Positions 1 through 9,803 are shown, counted from the first letter of the stretch. The stretch: DNA of 64,000 bases from Demequina sp. (GCA_030148645.1 JASBTB010000007.1:12571-76570); one strand, 5' to 3'. Made by a program: numbers and translations. The notes: generated by a model from the letters alone, not told the origin.

Positions 1-2
1 TC

Positions 3-1601
3 GTCGCCGAGCATCCGGCCGTCCGCATCGGGGCTGCGCGTGATCTTCTCGACAGTCGCGAGCGGCACCGTCGGCCCGGCCAGGTTCGCTGCTCGTTCGA
101 GGAGTCGGTCCTCCGCCGCCAACTGGGACTCGGAGGTGAACACGGTCGAGCTCTTCGGACGGAACACCGAGCTGCCGTCTGACCGACGGAACACGATCGG
201 GGACGCGACGAGCTCGGGCGGGGTCAAGCGAAGCGAGACGAGTTCGGCGGCGTCGGCGACAATCGCGACGATGGCTTCCCGGTCTTGCATGGTGGCGAAC
301 CGCCAGCCCATCGTCTGCCGGGAGGCCTCAGCCATGAGATTCCATCGCCGCCAGGTCGAGCGCTTCTCACCGACGACCTCGACAACTGAACGCCCAATCT
401 CGCCGATCACGTCGAGCGGCACATCGTCCGCGCGCAGGAGCAGCGGCTTGTCGTTGTCGGTGACGTGGCGTGCCCACGTTGTCGCGTCCCGCCCCAGCGT
501 CTTCGTGGCGCGCTCCCGCCACTCGGCGGTCAGGTCAGCCAAGGAACGGACCTGCTTCTCAGGCCTCGTGGCAAGCGTTGCTTGGGCTCGGAGCTTCATG
601 ATGGCCGCCGGTGTCGGGCGTCGCCCGTGCGTTGCGACGTACTCAGCGATGAGGCGGTCGGTCTCCGCGTCGATGTGCCGAGCGCGAGTGGAGAACTCGG
701 CGATCAGTTCCTCGGGCACTCCGGTAATGGCCCAGGCGGGGTTGTGGTCGCGGCCCATCTCTCGGGCCTCCCACGAGACGCCGAAGGCGCGCGTCATGTG
801 GTCGGCGAACACGGCTTCGTGTAGTTCAGAGAGGGCGACTACAGCGGCGTGCATCGGTCTGCCGTCGAGCGAGCGCCACTTGCCGTCGAGAACGGTCTTG
901 GCCTTGTTGCTGATGACCACGTGCGTGTGGAGGTGGGGGTCACCGGCGCGGGAGTCAAAGTGATCGAACGCGGTCGCGATGAGCCCGGTGACATCGACCT
1001 GCGCAACCGCACCGTCCCCGGCGGTTGCGCCTGTACGGGTGGCTGCAACCTCGCGCTCCATGAACGCAACCACCTCCGCAACCGCGCGATGATGCGCCTC
1101 CGCGATGAGCGCTTGGACCCCGGCATCGGCGACCGCCCACAACACGCTCGCGGACTTCGGGATCGAGAAGGTGAAGTCGAAGCCCGCCACCGCTCGTCGC
1201 GTACTCCGGGCGGCCTCCTCGGCAACGATTTGCGCGACAGCTTGACCCTTGGCCCCCGGGGTCATCGTCAGCTCAAGATCGGCGATCCTCGCCTCGATCC
1301 GCTCGTCCCGGCTCTTGTAGGTCGGGAACGCGCGACCGAGCGGCTTGTCGGTGATCGGATCATGGCCCGCCCCCATCAGGAGTTGGAGTTGATGTTCCGC
1401 TACTCGGTCGCCGACCTGAATCTCGCCCTTGCCGAGGGCTGCTACGCCTGCGCCGAGCCAGCGACCAGGAGGAGTGCCGTCCTCCAGGTAGTAGCGAGTG
1501 AGCGGCGTCGAGAGTGGCCTGTCTCCATCGGCAGCCGCGACCGTCTTGAGCAGGTACTTGTAGCCGTCGCCCGCTGACATCACGCGCATCGAAACCGTCA
1601 T
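3..1601 (-). CDS. MobF (TrwC-like) relaxase, N-terminal part; continues beyond the window start; absent from the ORF track
   Basis: My translation from ATG at 1601: MTVSMRVMSAGDGYKYLL...TRYYLEDGTPPGRWLG...GFDFTFSIPKSASVLWA...FDHFDSRAGDPHLHTHVVISNK, with the MobF tyrosines and HUH motif. Confidence 0.95.
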   Translation of the reverse strand, partial: MTVSMRVMSAGDGYKYLLKTVAAADGDRPLSTPLTRYYLEDGTPPGRWLGAGVAALGKGEIQVGDRVAEHQLQLLMGAGHDPITDKPLGRAFPTYKSRDERIEARIADLELTMTPGAKGQAVAQIVAEEAARSTRRAVAGFDFTFSIPKSASVLWAVADAGVQALIAEAHHRAVAEVVAFMEREVAATRTGATAGDGAVAQVDVTGLIATAFDHFDSRAGDPHLHTHVVISNKAKTVLDGKWRSLDGRPMHAAVVALSELHEAVFADHMTRAFGVSWEAREMGRDHNPAWAITGVPEELIAEFSTRARHIDAETDRLIAEYVATHGRRPTPAAIMKLRAQATLATRPEKQVRSLADLTAEWRERATKTLGRDATTWARHVTDNDKPLLLRADDVPLDVIGEIGRSVVEVVGEKRSTWRRWNLMAEASRQTMGWRFATMQDREAIVAIVADAAELVSLRLTPPELVASPIVFRRSDGSSVFRPKSSTVFTSESQLAAEDRLLERAANLAGPTVPLATVEKITRSPDADGRMLGD

Positions 1602-1612
1602 GTTCACCTCCG

Positions 1613-1638
1613 CTCCTGCTGGGCAGGTGAGCACCCGC
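1613..1638 (-). promoter_or_regulatory. ICE motif copy 1 (GCGGGTGCTCACCTGCCCAGC-A) upstream of the relaxase
   Basis: On the minus strand CACCT-gcccagc is followed by AGGAGCGGAGG and the ATG at 1601; function inferred. Confidence 0.5.
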
Positions 1639-1873
1639 AGCCGGTGACTTCTGCCGCGGTAATGCCTGGCTCAACCTCGATCTGCAAGAGGCGTGGCAGC
1701 TCAGTTGGACAAGTGAGGTGACATGGATCGAGGCTCGGTTCCGGTTGGCATCACAAGGGTTTCGTCGTCCGTCGAGGGATCGACTCTCGTGATGGCTGGT
1801 GGCGATCGTACACCTGGCGGGTGATGAGTCAGCGTGCCGGGACGGGTTAAATCATCCCTCTCTCCCGGCGTCC

Positions 1874-2100
1874 TCAGGTCGGAGTGTCGGAGGGCTCGTA
1901 TGCCAGCAGGTCGCCAGGTTGGCGGTCAAGGACGCGGCAGATGGCACCAAGGGTGGTGAATTCGCAGCGCTTTGGCGCGCCCGATCCGTGAGGAGAGATC
2001 CCAACAACTGCGCGCGCCTCAGCGCTCACACGTTCCACCAGTCCCCGTTCGAGCTGTCGCCGGTTCACCAAGCTCCTCGAGCCACCGTGACCCTCAGCGG
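1874..2100 (-). pseudogene. Degenerate Cro/C1 (YozG-like) HTH regulator
   Basis: C-terminus FTTLGAICRVLDRQPGDLLAYE is typical of the family; the expected GRAKALR-FTT is split by an extra base (gggcgcgccaaagcgctgcga-a-ttcaccacc); N-terminus scrambled. Confidence 0.6.
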
Positions 2101-2338
2101 TCCGCCATCGCGAGATCGATGCAGATCGGCACCGCCACGCTACCCTCTCGCTCGCGTAAGAGTCCGGTGACGAAGGCGTTCCGCTTCGGGCTGTCAGCTC
2201 GCATTCTCGACATCGGCAGCGGTGCCTCGCCCTCGGCTATCGCCGTGGCGACATCACGAAACGGTCGTTAGCGGGCGCCGGTCGCGGTCGACGACCCACC
2301 TGAGAGGATTCAGCTTGGACTGTATAGTTCAGTGAAGG

Positions 2339-2861
2339 CTGAACATTTCCTCCCGTTTGGATGTGATGAACCGGTTGGGTCGGGCCATGGCCGATCCGAC
2401 GCGGTCACGAATACTGATGACCTTGCTGGAACTGCCGTCTCATTGGGCGCGGGCGCATTCCTGCCCCCGGAGGTCATCCCGTACTTCGGACTCATACCGC
2501 TGGGGCTGGGGCTGTGGGCGGCCTGGCAGGCTTGGCGCGGGGATGACGACGATGACGACGAGGCGAGGGTTGAAGGTAAGAACGTCGCCGTGTGGACCGT
2601 GGCCGGGGTGACCTTCGCCAACGCGGGGACAACATCGGCGTCTATGTCCCTGTCTTCCTCCACGTCGGGCCTACTGCCGTGGTGGCCTACTGCATTGTCT
2701 TCCCGGTGCTCGTGGCGGTCCTGGTGATGCTGGCCAAGTTCGTCGCTACCCGTCGTCCGATAGCACGGCTCCTGGAGCGCTGGGAGCATGTGCTGTTCCC
2801 GATCGTGTTGATCGGCCTGGGCGTGGTCATCCTCGTCGAGGGCGGCGCCTTCGGCCTGTAG
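2339..2861 (+). pseudogene. Deletion-fusion relic of a CmtR-like ArsR repressor N-terminus and a CadD cadmium-resistance transporter C-terminus, with a frameshift
   Basis: LNISSRLDVMNRLGRAMADPTRSRILMTLL (CmtR-like) joins near 2440 to LGAGAFLPPEVIPYFGLIPLGLGLWAAW...VTFANAG / DNIGVYVPVF...ERWEHVLFPIVLIGLG (CadD), which is split over two frames; inverted repeat GTTCAG-N6-CTGAAC at 2327-2344. Confidence 0.8.
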
Positions 2862-2988
2862 TGCCCGAACGGCTTGCAGTACGGCTTCGTGGACTGGGAG
2901 TGAACACAAATCGGGCGAGCGCGGGCTCGGAAAGGCGCGCGAGCGCGTTTTGGCCCGGGAAGTGGGGCAGCTCCAACCTCCGGAGGGT

Positions 2989-3360
2989 TCAGTCCTGCGG
3001 TTCCGCGAGGCCGCTGCTGAAGACGGTGCGTACGGCACCCATGGCCTCAGGGCGAGCTTTGTAGTAGACCCACACCCCGCGCTTGTCGCGGTCCACCAGG
3101 CCCGCGTCGTGCAGGACCTTGAGGTGGTGACTGAGGGTGGACTGAGACAGGTCGAAGCCCTCAGTCAGGTCGCACATCGCGCAGGCCTCGCCGCCCTCGT
3201 AGGACAGGATCATCGACATCAGTCGCAGCCGCACCGGGTCTGCCAGGGCCTTGAGCAGGCGGGTGACGCCCTCGGCCTGCTCCGTGGTGATGGGCTCGCG
3301 CGCCAGCGGCGTGCAGGAACCTAGCGTGGCTTCCCGGGCAGGGATCAATGACATCGACAT
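2989..3360 (-). CDS. ArsR/SmtB family metalloregulator
   Basis: LLKALADPVRLRLMSMI...EACAMCDLTEGFDLSQSTLSHHLKVLHDAGLVDRDKRGVWVYY; start placed at MSMSL (3360). Confidence 0.92.
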   Translation of the reverse strand: MSMSLIPAREATLGSCTPLAREPITTEQAEGVTRLLKALADPVRLRLMSMILSYEGGEACAMCDLTEGFDLSQSTLSHHLKVLHDAGLVDRDKRGVWVYYKARPEAMGAVRTVFSSGLAEPQD

Positions 3361-3376
3361 GGGTACATGTTGACAT

Positions 3377-3430
3377 GCATCGAAGTCTGGAGCAATATTG
3401 CTGAAAGGACTTCGATACGCATCGAAGTCT
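3377..3430. promoter_or_regulatory. Probable ArsR operator in a divergent promoter
   Basis: Perfect inverted repeat GACTTCGAT-acgc-ATCGAAGTC at 3408-3429; direct repeat GCATCGAAGTCT at 3377-3388 and 3419-3430. Confidence 0.75.
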
Positions 3431-3457
3431 GACGCTTCCAACGCAAGGAGTTCCGTA

Positions 3458-3703
3458 GTGACCGCTGCCAGCCCACTGCTCCGTTCCAAGTACCGCGCCA
3501 CCGAGGGCGGATGCGTGTCCTGCGCCGGGGACCTCGCACCGGTCCAGGCACTGCCCGGGGTCAAGGAGGTCGACGCGCTGGCCTCCGGCCTCGTGCTGGT
3601 GACTCACGACGGCACCGTGACCGACGACGCGGTGGTCCAAGCCGCGCACAAGTCCGGGCTGCCGCTCGTCCCGGCTGGTCCGGCCCGCCCGGTCCGCGGC
3701 TGA
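3458..3703 (+). CDS. Small HMA-domain metallochaperone-like protein (81 aa)
   Basis: AAGGAG 7 nt before GTG 3458; GGCVSCA (CxxC) followed by LPGVKEVDA...LVLVTHDGTV, as in the HMA fold. Confidence 0.7.
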   Translation: MTAASPLLRSKYRATEGGCVSCAGDLAPVQALPGVKEVDALASGLVLVTHDGTVTDDAVVQAAHKSGLPLVPAGPARPVRG

Positions 3704-3754
3704 GTCCGCGCTGCGGATCCGAGACGGACACGAAACCGGAGAAGAGGCAACTAG

Positions 3755-5773
3755 ATGAGTACTGGTGCGACAACGCCGCCCCAGGTCGTTGCGCCCAACG
3801 TGGCGCGACCTACCCGACGTCGATGGTGGCAGACGCCCGAGATGGTCACCTTGGCCGTCGCCGCGGTGCTGCTGGTGGCCGGGCTGGTGGTGGAGTGGAC
3901 GATCCACTCCGAACCGGTGGCCCTGGCCCTGTTCTGGGGCGCGATCCTCACCGGTGGCGCCTACCCGCTGCGCAGCGCCATCCGGGCGGTGCGCAACAAG
4001 CGGCTGACGATCACCGTGCTGCTGGTCGTGGCGGCCATCGGCGCGATCGCGCTGGGGGTGGTCGAGGAGGCGGCATTCCTCGTGGTCATCTTCAGCCTCG
4101 GTGAGGCGATGGAGGCCTACGCCACCGACAAGGCACGCGGGTCCATCAGCGCGCTGATGGCGCTGGCACCACCGACCGCCAACCTGATCACCTCCGCGGA
4201 GGGCACCGAAACCGTGGCCGTGGATCGGCTCCACCCCGGCCACGTCGTCCTCGTGCGCCCCGGTGAGCGGCTGCCCACCGATGGCACCGTCGTCCAGGGC
4301 GCCTCATGGGTCGACGCCAGCCCGGTGACTGGGGAATCTGTGCCGGTCGAGGCCACCACGGGGACCGAGGTCTTCGGCGGGAGCCTGAACGGCAACGGCG
4401 TGCTGCACGTACAGGTCACCAAGGAGTACTACGACACGGTCCTGGCCCGGGTGATCGAACAGGTCGAGGAGGCCCAGGCCAACCGCAGCGGCGCCGAGCG
4501 CTTCGCGGACAAGTTCAGCGCCGTCTACACCCCGGCCATGTTCATTCTGGCGATCCTGGTGGCCGTAATCCTGCCACTTCTCGGCTTCGAGTGGCGGGAG
4601 GCGATCTACCGGGCGCTGGTTGTCCTGGTCGTCTCGTGCTCGTGCGCCTTGGTGATCTCCGTGCCCGTCAGCGTGGTCACCGCGATCGCTCGTGGGGCGA
4701 AGGACGGCATCCTGATCAAGGGCGGGGTCTACCTTGAGCGCCTGGCGGACATCAAGGCGGTCGCCTTCGACAAGACCGGCACCCTGACCCGGGGCAAGCC
4801 CGCCCTCGCCCGCGTGGTGCCGTTCGGTGACACCCACGAGGACGAGGCCCTGGCCCTGGCGGCCGCGGTCGAGGCCGGCAGTGAGCACCCCATCGCCACC
4901 GCCATCGTCACCGGCGCCCGCGACCGCGGCCTGACCGTCCCGACCGCACACCACGCCCGCGCCCTGCCCGGGACCGGCATGGAAGCCACCGTCAACGGTC
5001 GCGCCCTGCACATCGGCCGCCCCAGCGACGCCGATCGCGCCCACCGTGAGCTTGGCCGCGCTCTGGCTCAGGCGGAGGCCGAGGGCTGCACCGCTGTCGT
5101 GCTTCGCGAGGGCACCCAGCCGCTCGCAGTGGTGGCTGTGGCCGACCAGCTACGCCCCGACGCCAAGACCGCCGTCGCTGAGCTCCGCTCCCTCGGGATC
5201 GACCGGGTCATGATGCTCACCGGCGACAACGACACAGTCGCCCGATCTACCGCGCAGGCCCTCGGACTGGACGACTACCGGGCCGAGCTGCTCCCAGAGG
5301 ACAAGTCCACCGCGGTGCACGAGCTGCGCGAGAAGTACGGCGTGATCGCGATGGTCGGCGACGGCGTCAACGACGCCCCTGCCCTGGCCAACGCGGACCT
5401 GGCCATCGCGATGGGCGCCGCCGGCACCGATGTCGCTCTGGAGACCGCCGACGTGGCGCTCATGGCCGACGAACTCGACCGGCTCCCTGCCGCGATCCGC
5501 CTGTCGCGCCGCGCGCGGAACAACATCAAAATCAACATCGCGCTGAGCCTGGCCGTCGTTGCCGTGCTCATCGTTGCCGCCCTGGCGGGATGGATGTCCC
5601 TGACAATCGGGTTACTCCTCAACGAGGCGAGCGCGGCATTGATCATCCTCAACGGCCTGCGCATGCTCCGCCCCGGCCGCGGCGAAACCCGCAACCCCGC
5701 GACGGGCAAGACCGCCTCGACGCCCGCTCGTGAAGATCATCCCGGTACGGATCTGAACGGTGCCGACACATGA
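3755..5773 (+). CDS. Heavy-metal P1B-type ATPase (CadA/ZntA-like) without an N-terminal metal-binding domain
   Basis: TGES, SCSCALVIS, DKTGTLT, SEHP, MLTGDN and GDGVNDAPALA motifs. Confidence 0.95.
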   Translation: MSTGATTPPQVVAPNVARPTRRRWWQTPEMVTLAVAAVLLVAGLVVEWTIHSEPVALALFWGAILTGGAYPLRSAIRAVRNKRLTITVLLVVAAIGAIALGVVEEAAFLVVIFSLGEAMEAYATDKARGSISALMALAPPTANLITSAEGTETVAVDRLHPGHVVLVRPGERLPTDGTVVQGASWVDASPVTGESVPVEATTGTEVFGGSLNGNGVLHVQVTKEYYDTVLARVIEQVEEAQANRSGAERFADKFSAVYTPAMFILAILVAVILPLLGFEWREAIYRALVVLVVSCSCALVISVPVSVVTAIARGAKDGILIKGGVYLERLADIKAVAFDKTGTLTRGKPALARVVPFGDTHEDEALALAAAVEAGSEHPIATAIVTGARDRGLTVPTAHHARALPGTGMEATVNGRALHIGRPSDADRAHRELGRALAQAEAEGCTAVVLREGTQPLAVVAVADQLRPDAKTAVAELRSLGIDRVMMLTGDNDTVARSTAQALGLDDYRAELLPEDKSTAVHELREKYGVIAMVGDGVNDAPALANADLAIAMGAAGTDVALETADVALMADELDRLPAAIRLSRRARNNIKINIALSLAVVAVLIVAALAGWMSLTIGLLLNEASAALIILNGLRMLRPGRGETRNPATGKTASTPAREDHPGTDLNGADT

Positions 5774-6686
5774 TGGTCTCGGCAACGATCGGTTCTTTCC
5801 GGTCCTCGCCCGCACCCGAACAATCCACCGCCCCCTTGGTCCGGTTGCTTATGACTGTGTGAAGTTGATCTTCGTCCGGCACGGTTCGGCGGTCCTGCTC
5901 AGTGAGTTCGGCGAGAAACCCGTCACGACCGGCGACATCGTGATGTTGGGAGCGAACACGCTGTGCGGGAGCGAGCCTGAGGGCTCGATCACCGTCACGA
6001 CGCTCTACCTGGATAGTGACTACGTGATCGCCCAGGTGTTCTGGCAGCACGCCGCTGTGCTGTCCGACCGTCTCGATGCGCAGGACTTCATGAACGAGCG
6101 GTACTCCGAACCGGCCCAGATACTGCACCTAGGTGAGGATCAAGCCGGCATGCTCATGCCCTGGCTGGACGAGCTGGTCGCCCTCAGCATCGATGGACCC
6201 GCACCGGAACGCTTCTACCGCCTCCAAGCACTCCTGTTCGCGGTGCTCGACGTGATCACCCCGTACGTCGCCACCACCCCAGTGCGGGAGACGTCGACAC
6301 AGCGCAAGGCCACCCACCCCGGCCTGCCTCGCCGCCGCCACTTCACCCCGCTTCGGGCCGAGGCACGTGAGGCAGCGGAGCTTCTCCGCGACGCGCCAGC
6401 GCAGCGATGGACGCTACACGGGCTTGCTGCCGCCGTGCACCTGTCGTCGTCCCAGCTCGGCCGGGTCTTTACCGATGCCTACGGCCAGACACCCATGACG
6501 TACCTGACGACCCGGCGCGCCGAACAGCTGGCTCGGTCGCTGCGCGAGACGGACATGCCGATCGAGGTAGCGATGCGCCAGGTGGGCTGGCACAGCCGCG
6601 GCCACGCCGCCCGGATGTTCCGCCAATGCGTCGGAGTCACGCCCGCCCGGTACCGCGAACTCAGCCGCCAGAAGACGGTGACCTGA
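5760..6686 (+). CDS. AraC family transcriptional regulator (start uncertain)
   Basis: C-terminal dual HTH: WTLHGLAAAVHLSSSQLGRVFTDAYGQTP...VGWHSRGHAARMFRQCVGVTPARYR. Confidence 0.88.
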   Translation: MPTHDGLGNDRFFPVLARTRTIHRPLGPVAYDCVKLIFVRHGSAVLLSEFGEKPVTTGDIVMLGANTLCGSEPEGSITVTTLYLDSDYVIAQVFWQHAAVLSDRLDAQDFMNERYSEPAQILHLGEDQAGMLMPWLDELVALSIDGPAPERFYRLQALLFAVLDVITPYVATTPVRETSTQRKATHPGLPRRRHFTPLRAEAREAAELLRDAPAQRWTLHGLAAAVHLSSSQLGRVFTDAYGQTPMTYLTTRRAEQLARSLRETDMPIEVAMRQVGWHSRGHAARMFRQCVGVTPARYRELSRQKTVT

Positions 6687-6855
6687 AAGGCCGGTTCACA
6701 TCTGCGCATCTGCGATACACGAATCCGCATCATCGCCCGATCTCGGTCTGCCGTGGGTTGCGGGCTGATAGTCCGGTAGGACTCGTCGGGTTCACCGCCA
6801 CACCTTGACGGTCACAGCTGTTGTCCCGTTGCCCGTCTCGTTCGTGTTGGTGTTC

Positions 6856-6874
6856 CCGGCGCACCTGATGGTCA
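6856..6874 (+). promoter_or_regulatory. ICE motif copy 2 (GGCGCACCTGATGGTC-A) upstream of the ArdC-like operon
   Basis: CACCT at 6862-6866, then gatggtc, then A; function inferred. Confidence 0.45.
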
Positions 6875-6922
6875 CCGAGCCCGATCGGCCCGGTGCTCAG
6901 GGTATCGGGAGGAGACACCGAC

Positions 6923-8044
6923 ATGGCCACGACACGAGAGGAAGCCCAGGCCGCGCGGGAGGCGAAGCTCGATGAGCTGCACGGGCGGCTGACCGGCGCG
7001 GTCGAACAACTCGTCTCCGGCGACGACTGGGGCCGTGCGCTCGCGTTCGCCGCACGGTTCAGGGCGAGATCGTTCTCCAACACCCTGCTGATCTGGGCAC
7101 AGCATGCCGCGGCTTACGAGGCAGGTCGGGTTCCGGAGCCGATGCCGTCGTATGTGGCCGGGTATCGCCAGTGGCAGACCCTGGGCCGGCAAGTGGAAAA
7201 GGGTCAGTCGGGATACATGATCCTCGCCCCGGTCACCGGCCGATTCGCCACCGCGACACCGTCCGATCCGGAGTCGTGGCGGCGGCTCGGCAAGGGCGAG
7301 AAACCCCGCCCCGGTGAGGTCGTGCGCTCGAAAATGATTACCGCCAAGCCCGCCTACGTGTGGGACGCCTCGCAGACTGCCGGTGACCCGATCCCCGAGC
7401 CGCCGGCACCGAAGCTGCTGGAAGGCGAAGCACCGGTCGGGTTGTGGAATGGTCTGGCCAAGCTGGTTGAGGATCGCGGGTTCACCGTGCTGGCGGTGCC
7501 GCACGAGGGCCTGATCCACGGCGCCAACGGCATGACGGACTACACCGCGAAGACGGTTGCGGTCCGGGAGAACATGGACCCCGCCGCTCAGGTCAAGACG
7601 CTCGCCCACGAACTTGGGCACGTCCTCCTGCACGGCCCCGACCAGGAGGACGCCCGCCAGCATCGCGGCATCGGGGAAGTGGAGGCCGAATCGGTCGCGC
7701 TGATGATCGGCGCCGCCCATCACATGGACACAACCGGGTACACGATCCCCTACGTGTCGACCTGGGCCGCGCGGGTGGACGGCAAGGAATCGGTCGAGAT
7801 CGTCAAGACCACCGGCGAGCGGGTCCGCAAGACCGCCCTGACGATCCTCGATCAGCTCGACACCGCCCAGCTCGGTGACGGCACTCCACCCGGTCTCGAC
7901 CGTGAGACGCCGCACCGCAACCAGCCATCCCGTGAGCGCTCCGCACCCGAACGCGCAGCGTCGGGCAGGCATGTCGAGCCCGTGCCCGAAACGGGTCCCC
8001 GACCCGCGGCCAGCGCGGCCGTGATGCAGGGACGGAATCTATGA
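6923..8044 (+). CDS. ArdC-like ssDNA-binding domain plus zincin metallopeptidase-like domain
   Basis: RFRARSFSNTLLIWAQ...YVAGYRQWQTLGRQVEKG (ArdC-N); TLAHELGHVLLH and EVEAESVA (HExxH...E); GGAGG upstream of ATG 6923. Confidence 0.8.
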   Translation: MATTREEAQAAREAKLDELHGRLTGAVEQLVSGDDWGRALAFAARFRARSFSNTLLIWAQHAAAYEAGRVPEPMPSYVAGYRQWQTLGRQVEKGQSGYMILAPVTGRFATATPSDPESWRRLGKGEKPRPGEVVRSKMITAKPAYVWDASQTAGDPIPEPPAPKLLEGEAPVGLWNGLAKLVEDRGFTVLAVPHEGLIHGANGMTDYTAKTVAVRENMDPAAQVKTLAHELGHVLLHGPDQEDARQHRGIGEVEAESVALMIGAAHHMDTTGYTIPYVSTWAARVDGKESVEIVKTTGERVRKTALTILDQLDTAQLGDGTPPGLDRETPHRNQPSRERSAPERAASGRHVEPVPETGPRPAASAAVMQGRNL

Positions 8045-8988
8045 TGGCCGCCACGGACGCGCTCGCGGGTGCGCTGACGCAGATGACCGGGCCATGGCCG
8101 GTCTTCGCCGCAGCACGAGAACTCGCCGCCGCAGGTGTGCCGGTGTTCCCGTGCGTGCCGGGCGGGAAGCGTCCGCTCACCGAGCACGGGTTCCACGACG
8201 CCACCACCGATCCTGGCCAGGTGGAGGCCTGGTGGCGGACGCACCCGGAGGCGAACCTCGCTGTCCCCACCGGCGCCACCTCCGGGATGGTGGTGGTGGA
8301 CGTCGATGTCCACGCCCCCACCGACGGGTACAGGGCGTTCGAGCGCGCCCACCGTGCCGGCCTCGTGTTGAGGTGGGCGTTCCTGGTGTCCACGCCGTCG
8401 GGCGGGATGCACGCCTACTACCCGGCGACACCTGAACGGGCACAGCGGTCCTGGCAGGCTGCGCGCGCCGGTGTGGACTTCCGTGGCGACGGCGGCTACA
8501 TCCTCATCCCACCCTCGATGGTGTCCACCAACGGTGCCGCTGTCGGCTACCGGGTACGGCAGATCAACACCGGCCCCTCGGCGACGCTGGATTCGGACCG
8601 GCTGCGGGACTTCCTCGACCCGCGCCCGACGTCCCCGCCCAGGACGGGCCACGATGTGCAGCCGCCCGTGGATGTGTCGCGGCTGGCGACGTGGGTCGCT
8701 GCCCGCGGCGAAGGGGAACGGAACCGGGGCCTGTTCTGGGCCGCCTGCCGACTGGCCGAGAACGGTGTCCCGGCCCCCGATGCGCTCGATGTACTCGCGG
8801 CCGCGGCCTCGGAATCGGGGCTGGGCGAGCGGGAGATCACCGCGACCGTCCGCTCGGCCTACCGCACCACCCAACCCCAAGCCCGCCCTTCGCCGCCGGT
8901 GGAACGCGGCGCGCCTGGGGCCGCGGACGGGTGGTTTGCTCGCGATGCGACCGTGCGTCCGTCCGCTCCGATGCGGGGGCTGTCATGA
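8041..8988 (+). CDS. Bifunctional DNA primase/polymerase (prim-pol)
   Basis: VPVFPCVPGGKRPL..HGFHDATTD...ANLAVPTG...VVVDVD...TPSGGMHAYY...DFRGDGGYILIPPS; C-terminal GERNRGLFWAAC. Confidence 0.9.
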   Translation: MMAATDALAGALTQMTGPWPVFAAARELAAAGVPVFPCVPGGKRPLTEHGFHDATTDPGQVEAWWRTHPEANLAVPTGATSGMVVVDVDVHAPTDGYRAFERAHRAGLVLRWAFLVSTPSGGMHAYYPATPERAQRSWQAARAGVDFRGDGGYILIPPSMVSTNGAAVGYRVRQINTGPSATLDSDRLRDFLDPRPTSPPRTGHDVQPPVDVSRLATWVAARGEGERNRGLFWAACRLAENGVPAPDALDVLAAAASESGLGEREITATVRSAYRTTQPQARPSPPVERGAPGAADGWFARDATVRPSAPMRGLS

Positions 8989-9803
8989 CCGTCCCGACCA
9001 GCCCGACGAGTCGACGGTGGGCGGTGATCACGGCGGTCGCCGGGACGGTGTTCATCGCCGCCGGCGCGTTCTGGCTGTCGTTCACGGCGTTGGCGGACCT
9101 GGCCGCACGCTCCGGGGTCGGCGAGTCGCAGGCATGGGCGTGGCCGCTGATCGTCGACGGCATCATCGTCGTGGCCACCGTCGCCGTCGTCGCCCTGGCC
9201 GGCCAGCGGTCGGCGTGGTACCCGTGGGCGTTACTGATCGGCGGCGCGGCCGTGTCGGTGACCGCCAACGCGATCCACGCCGTGGTGGCAGCCGATGCGG
9301 ACGTTCCCGGAGTGCTGGCGGCTGCGGTGGCGGCGGTGCCGCCAGTGGTGCTGCTGGCGATCACCCACCTGACCGTCATCCTCACCCGCCCGCAACTCGC
9401 CGCCGAGGCACCCGCATCCACCGACGAGTCCGCGATCGAAGCCGCAGCGATCGAGGAGCCCGCCCCGAACGCAGCGCGGGAGCCGGTATCTGAGGTGACA
9501 CCACCAGATGGCGTGGAAGCCACCGCGCTGTCGGCGCCGACCCCGCAGGAGAACGACCCCGTCGCAACTCCCGGGACGAGGCAGGCATCAGCGGACCGGC
9601 GCGCTGACCCGCAGGTCGATGCAGCGGCGGATTCCGCCGACCGGCGCGCGCGGGCAGCGACGCTGCGCGGGCAGGGATGGTCGAACAAGAAGATCGCCCG
9701 CGAACTGGGCGTGCACCCGTCCACGGTGGGCCGGTGGTTCACCAGCGCGCACCTTCCCAATACCACCGAACACGCCGATGCCGAGGAGGCGAAGGACGCA
9801 TGA
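8985..9803 (+). CDS. DUF2637-like membrane protein with a C-terminal HTH
   Basis: AFWLSFTALADLA...AWAWPLIVDG...VTANAIHA transmembrane block; GWSNKKIARELGVHPSTVGRW. Confidence 0.75.
   Translation: MTVPTSPTSRRWAVITAVAGTVFIAAGAFWLSFTALADLAARSGVGESQAWAWPLIVDGIIVVATVAVVALAGQRSAWYPWALLIGGAAVSVTANAIHAVVAADADVPGVLAAAVAAVPPVVLLAITHLTVILTRPQLAAEAPASTDESAIEAAAIEEPAPNAAREPVSEVTPPDGVEATALSAPTPQENDPVATPGTRQASADRRADPQVDAAADSADRRARAATLRGQGWSNKKIARELGVHPSTVGRWFTSAHLPNTTEHADAEEAKDA

Noticed and set aside
40-963. 307-aa plus-strand ORF and other plus-strand ORFs at 465-1577
   Set aside because: Antisense shadows of the MobF relaxase, which the ORF track missed because it runs off the window
1602-1800. Possible oriT upstream of the relaxase
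   Set aside because: Position is plausible, but I could not identify a convincing nic site or inverted repeat
2297-2310. CACCTG at 2297 as another ICE motif copy (also in-gene copies such as 12199)
   Set aside because: Lacks the C-purine at +7/+8 or is not upstream of a gene start; illustrates the background rate of the core word
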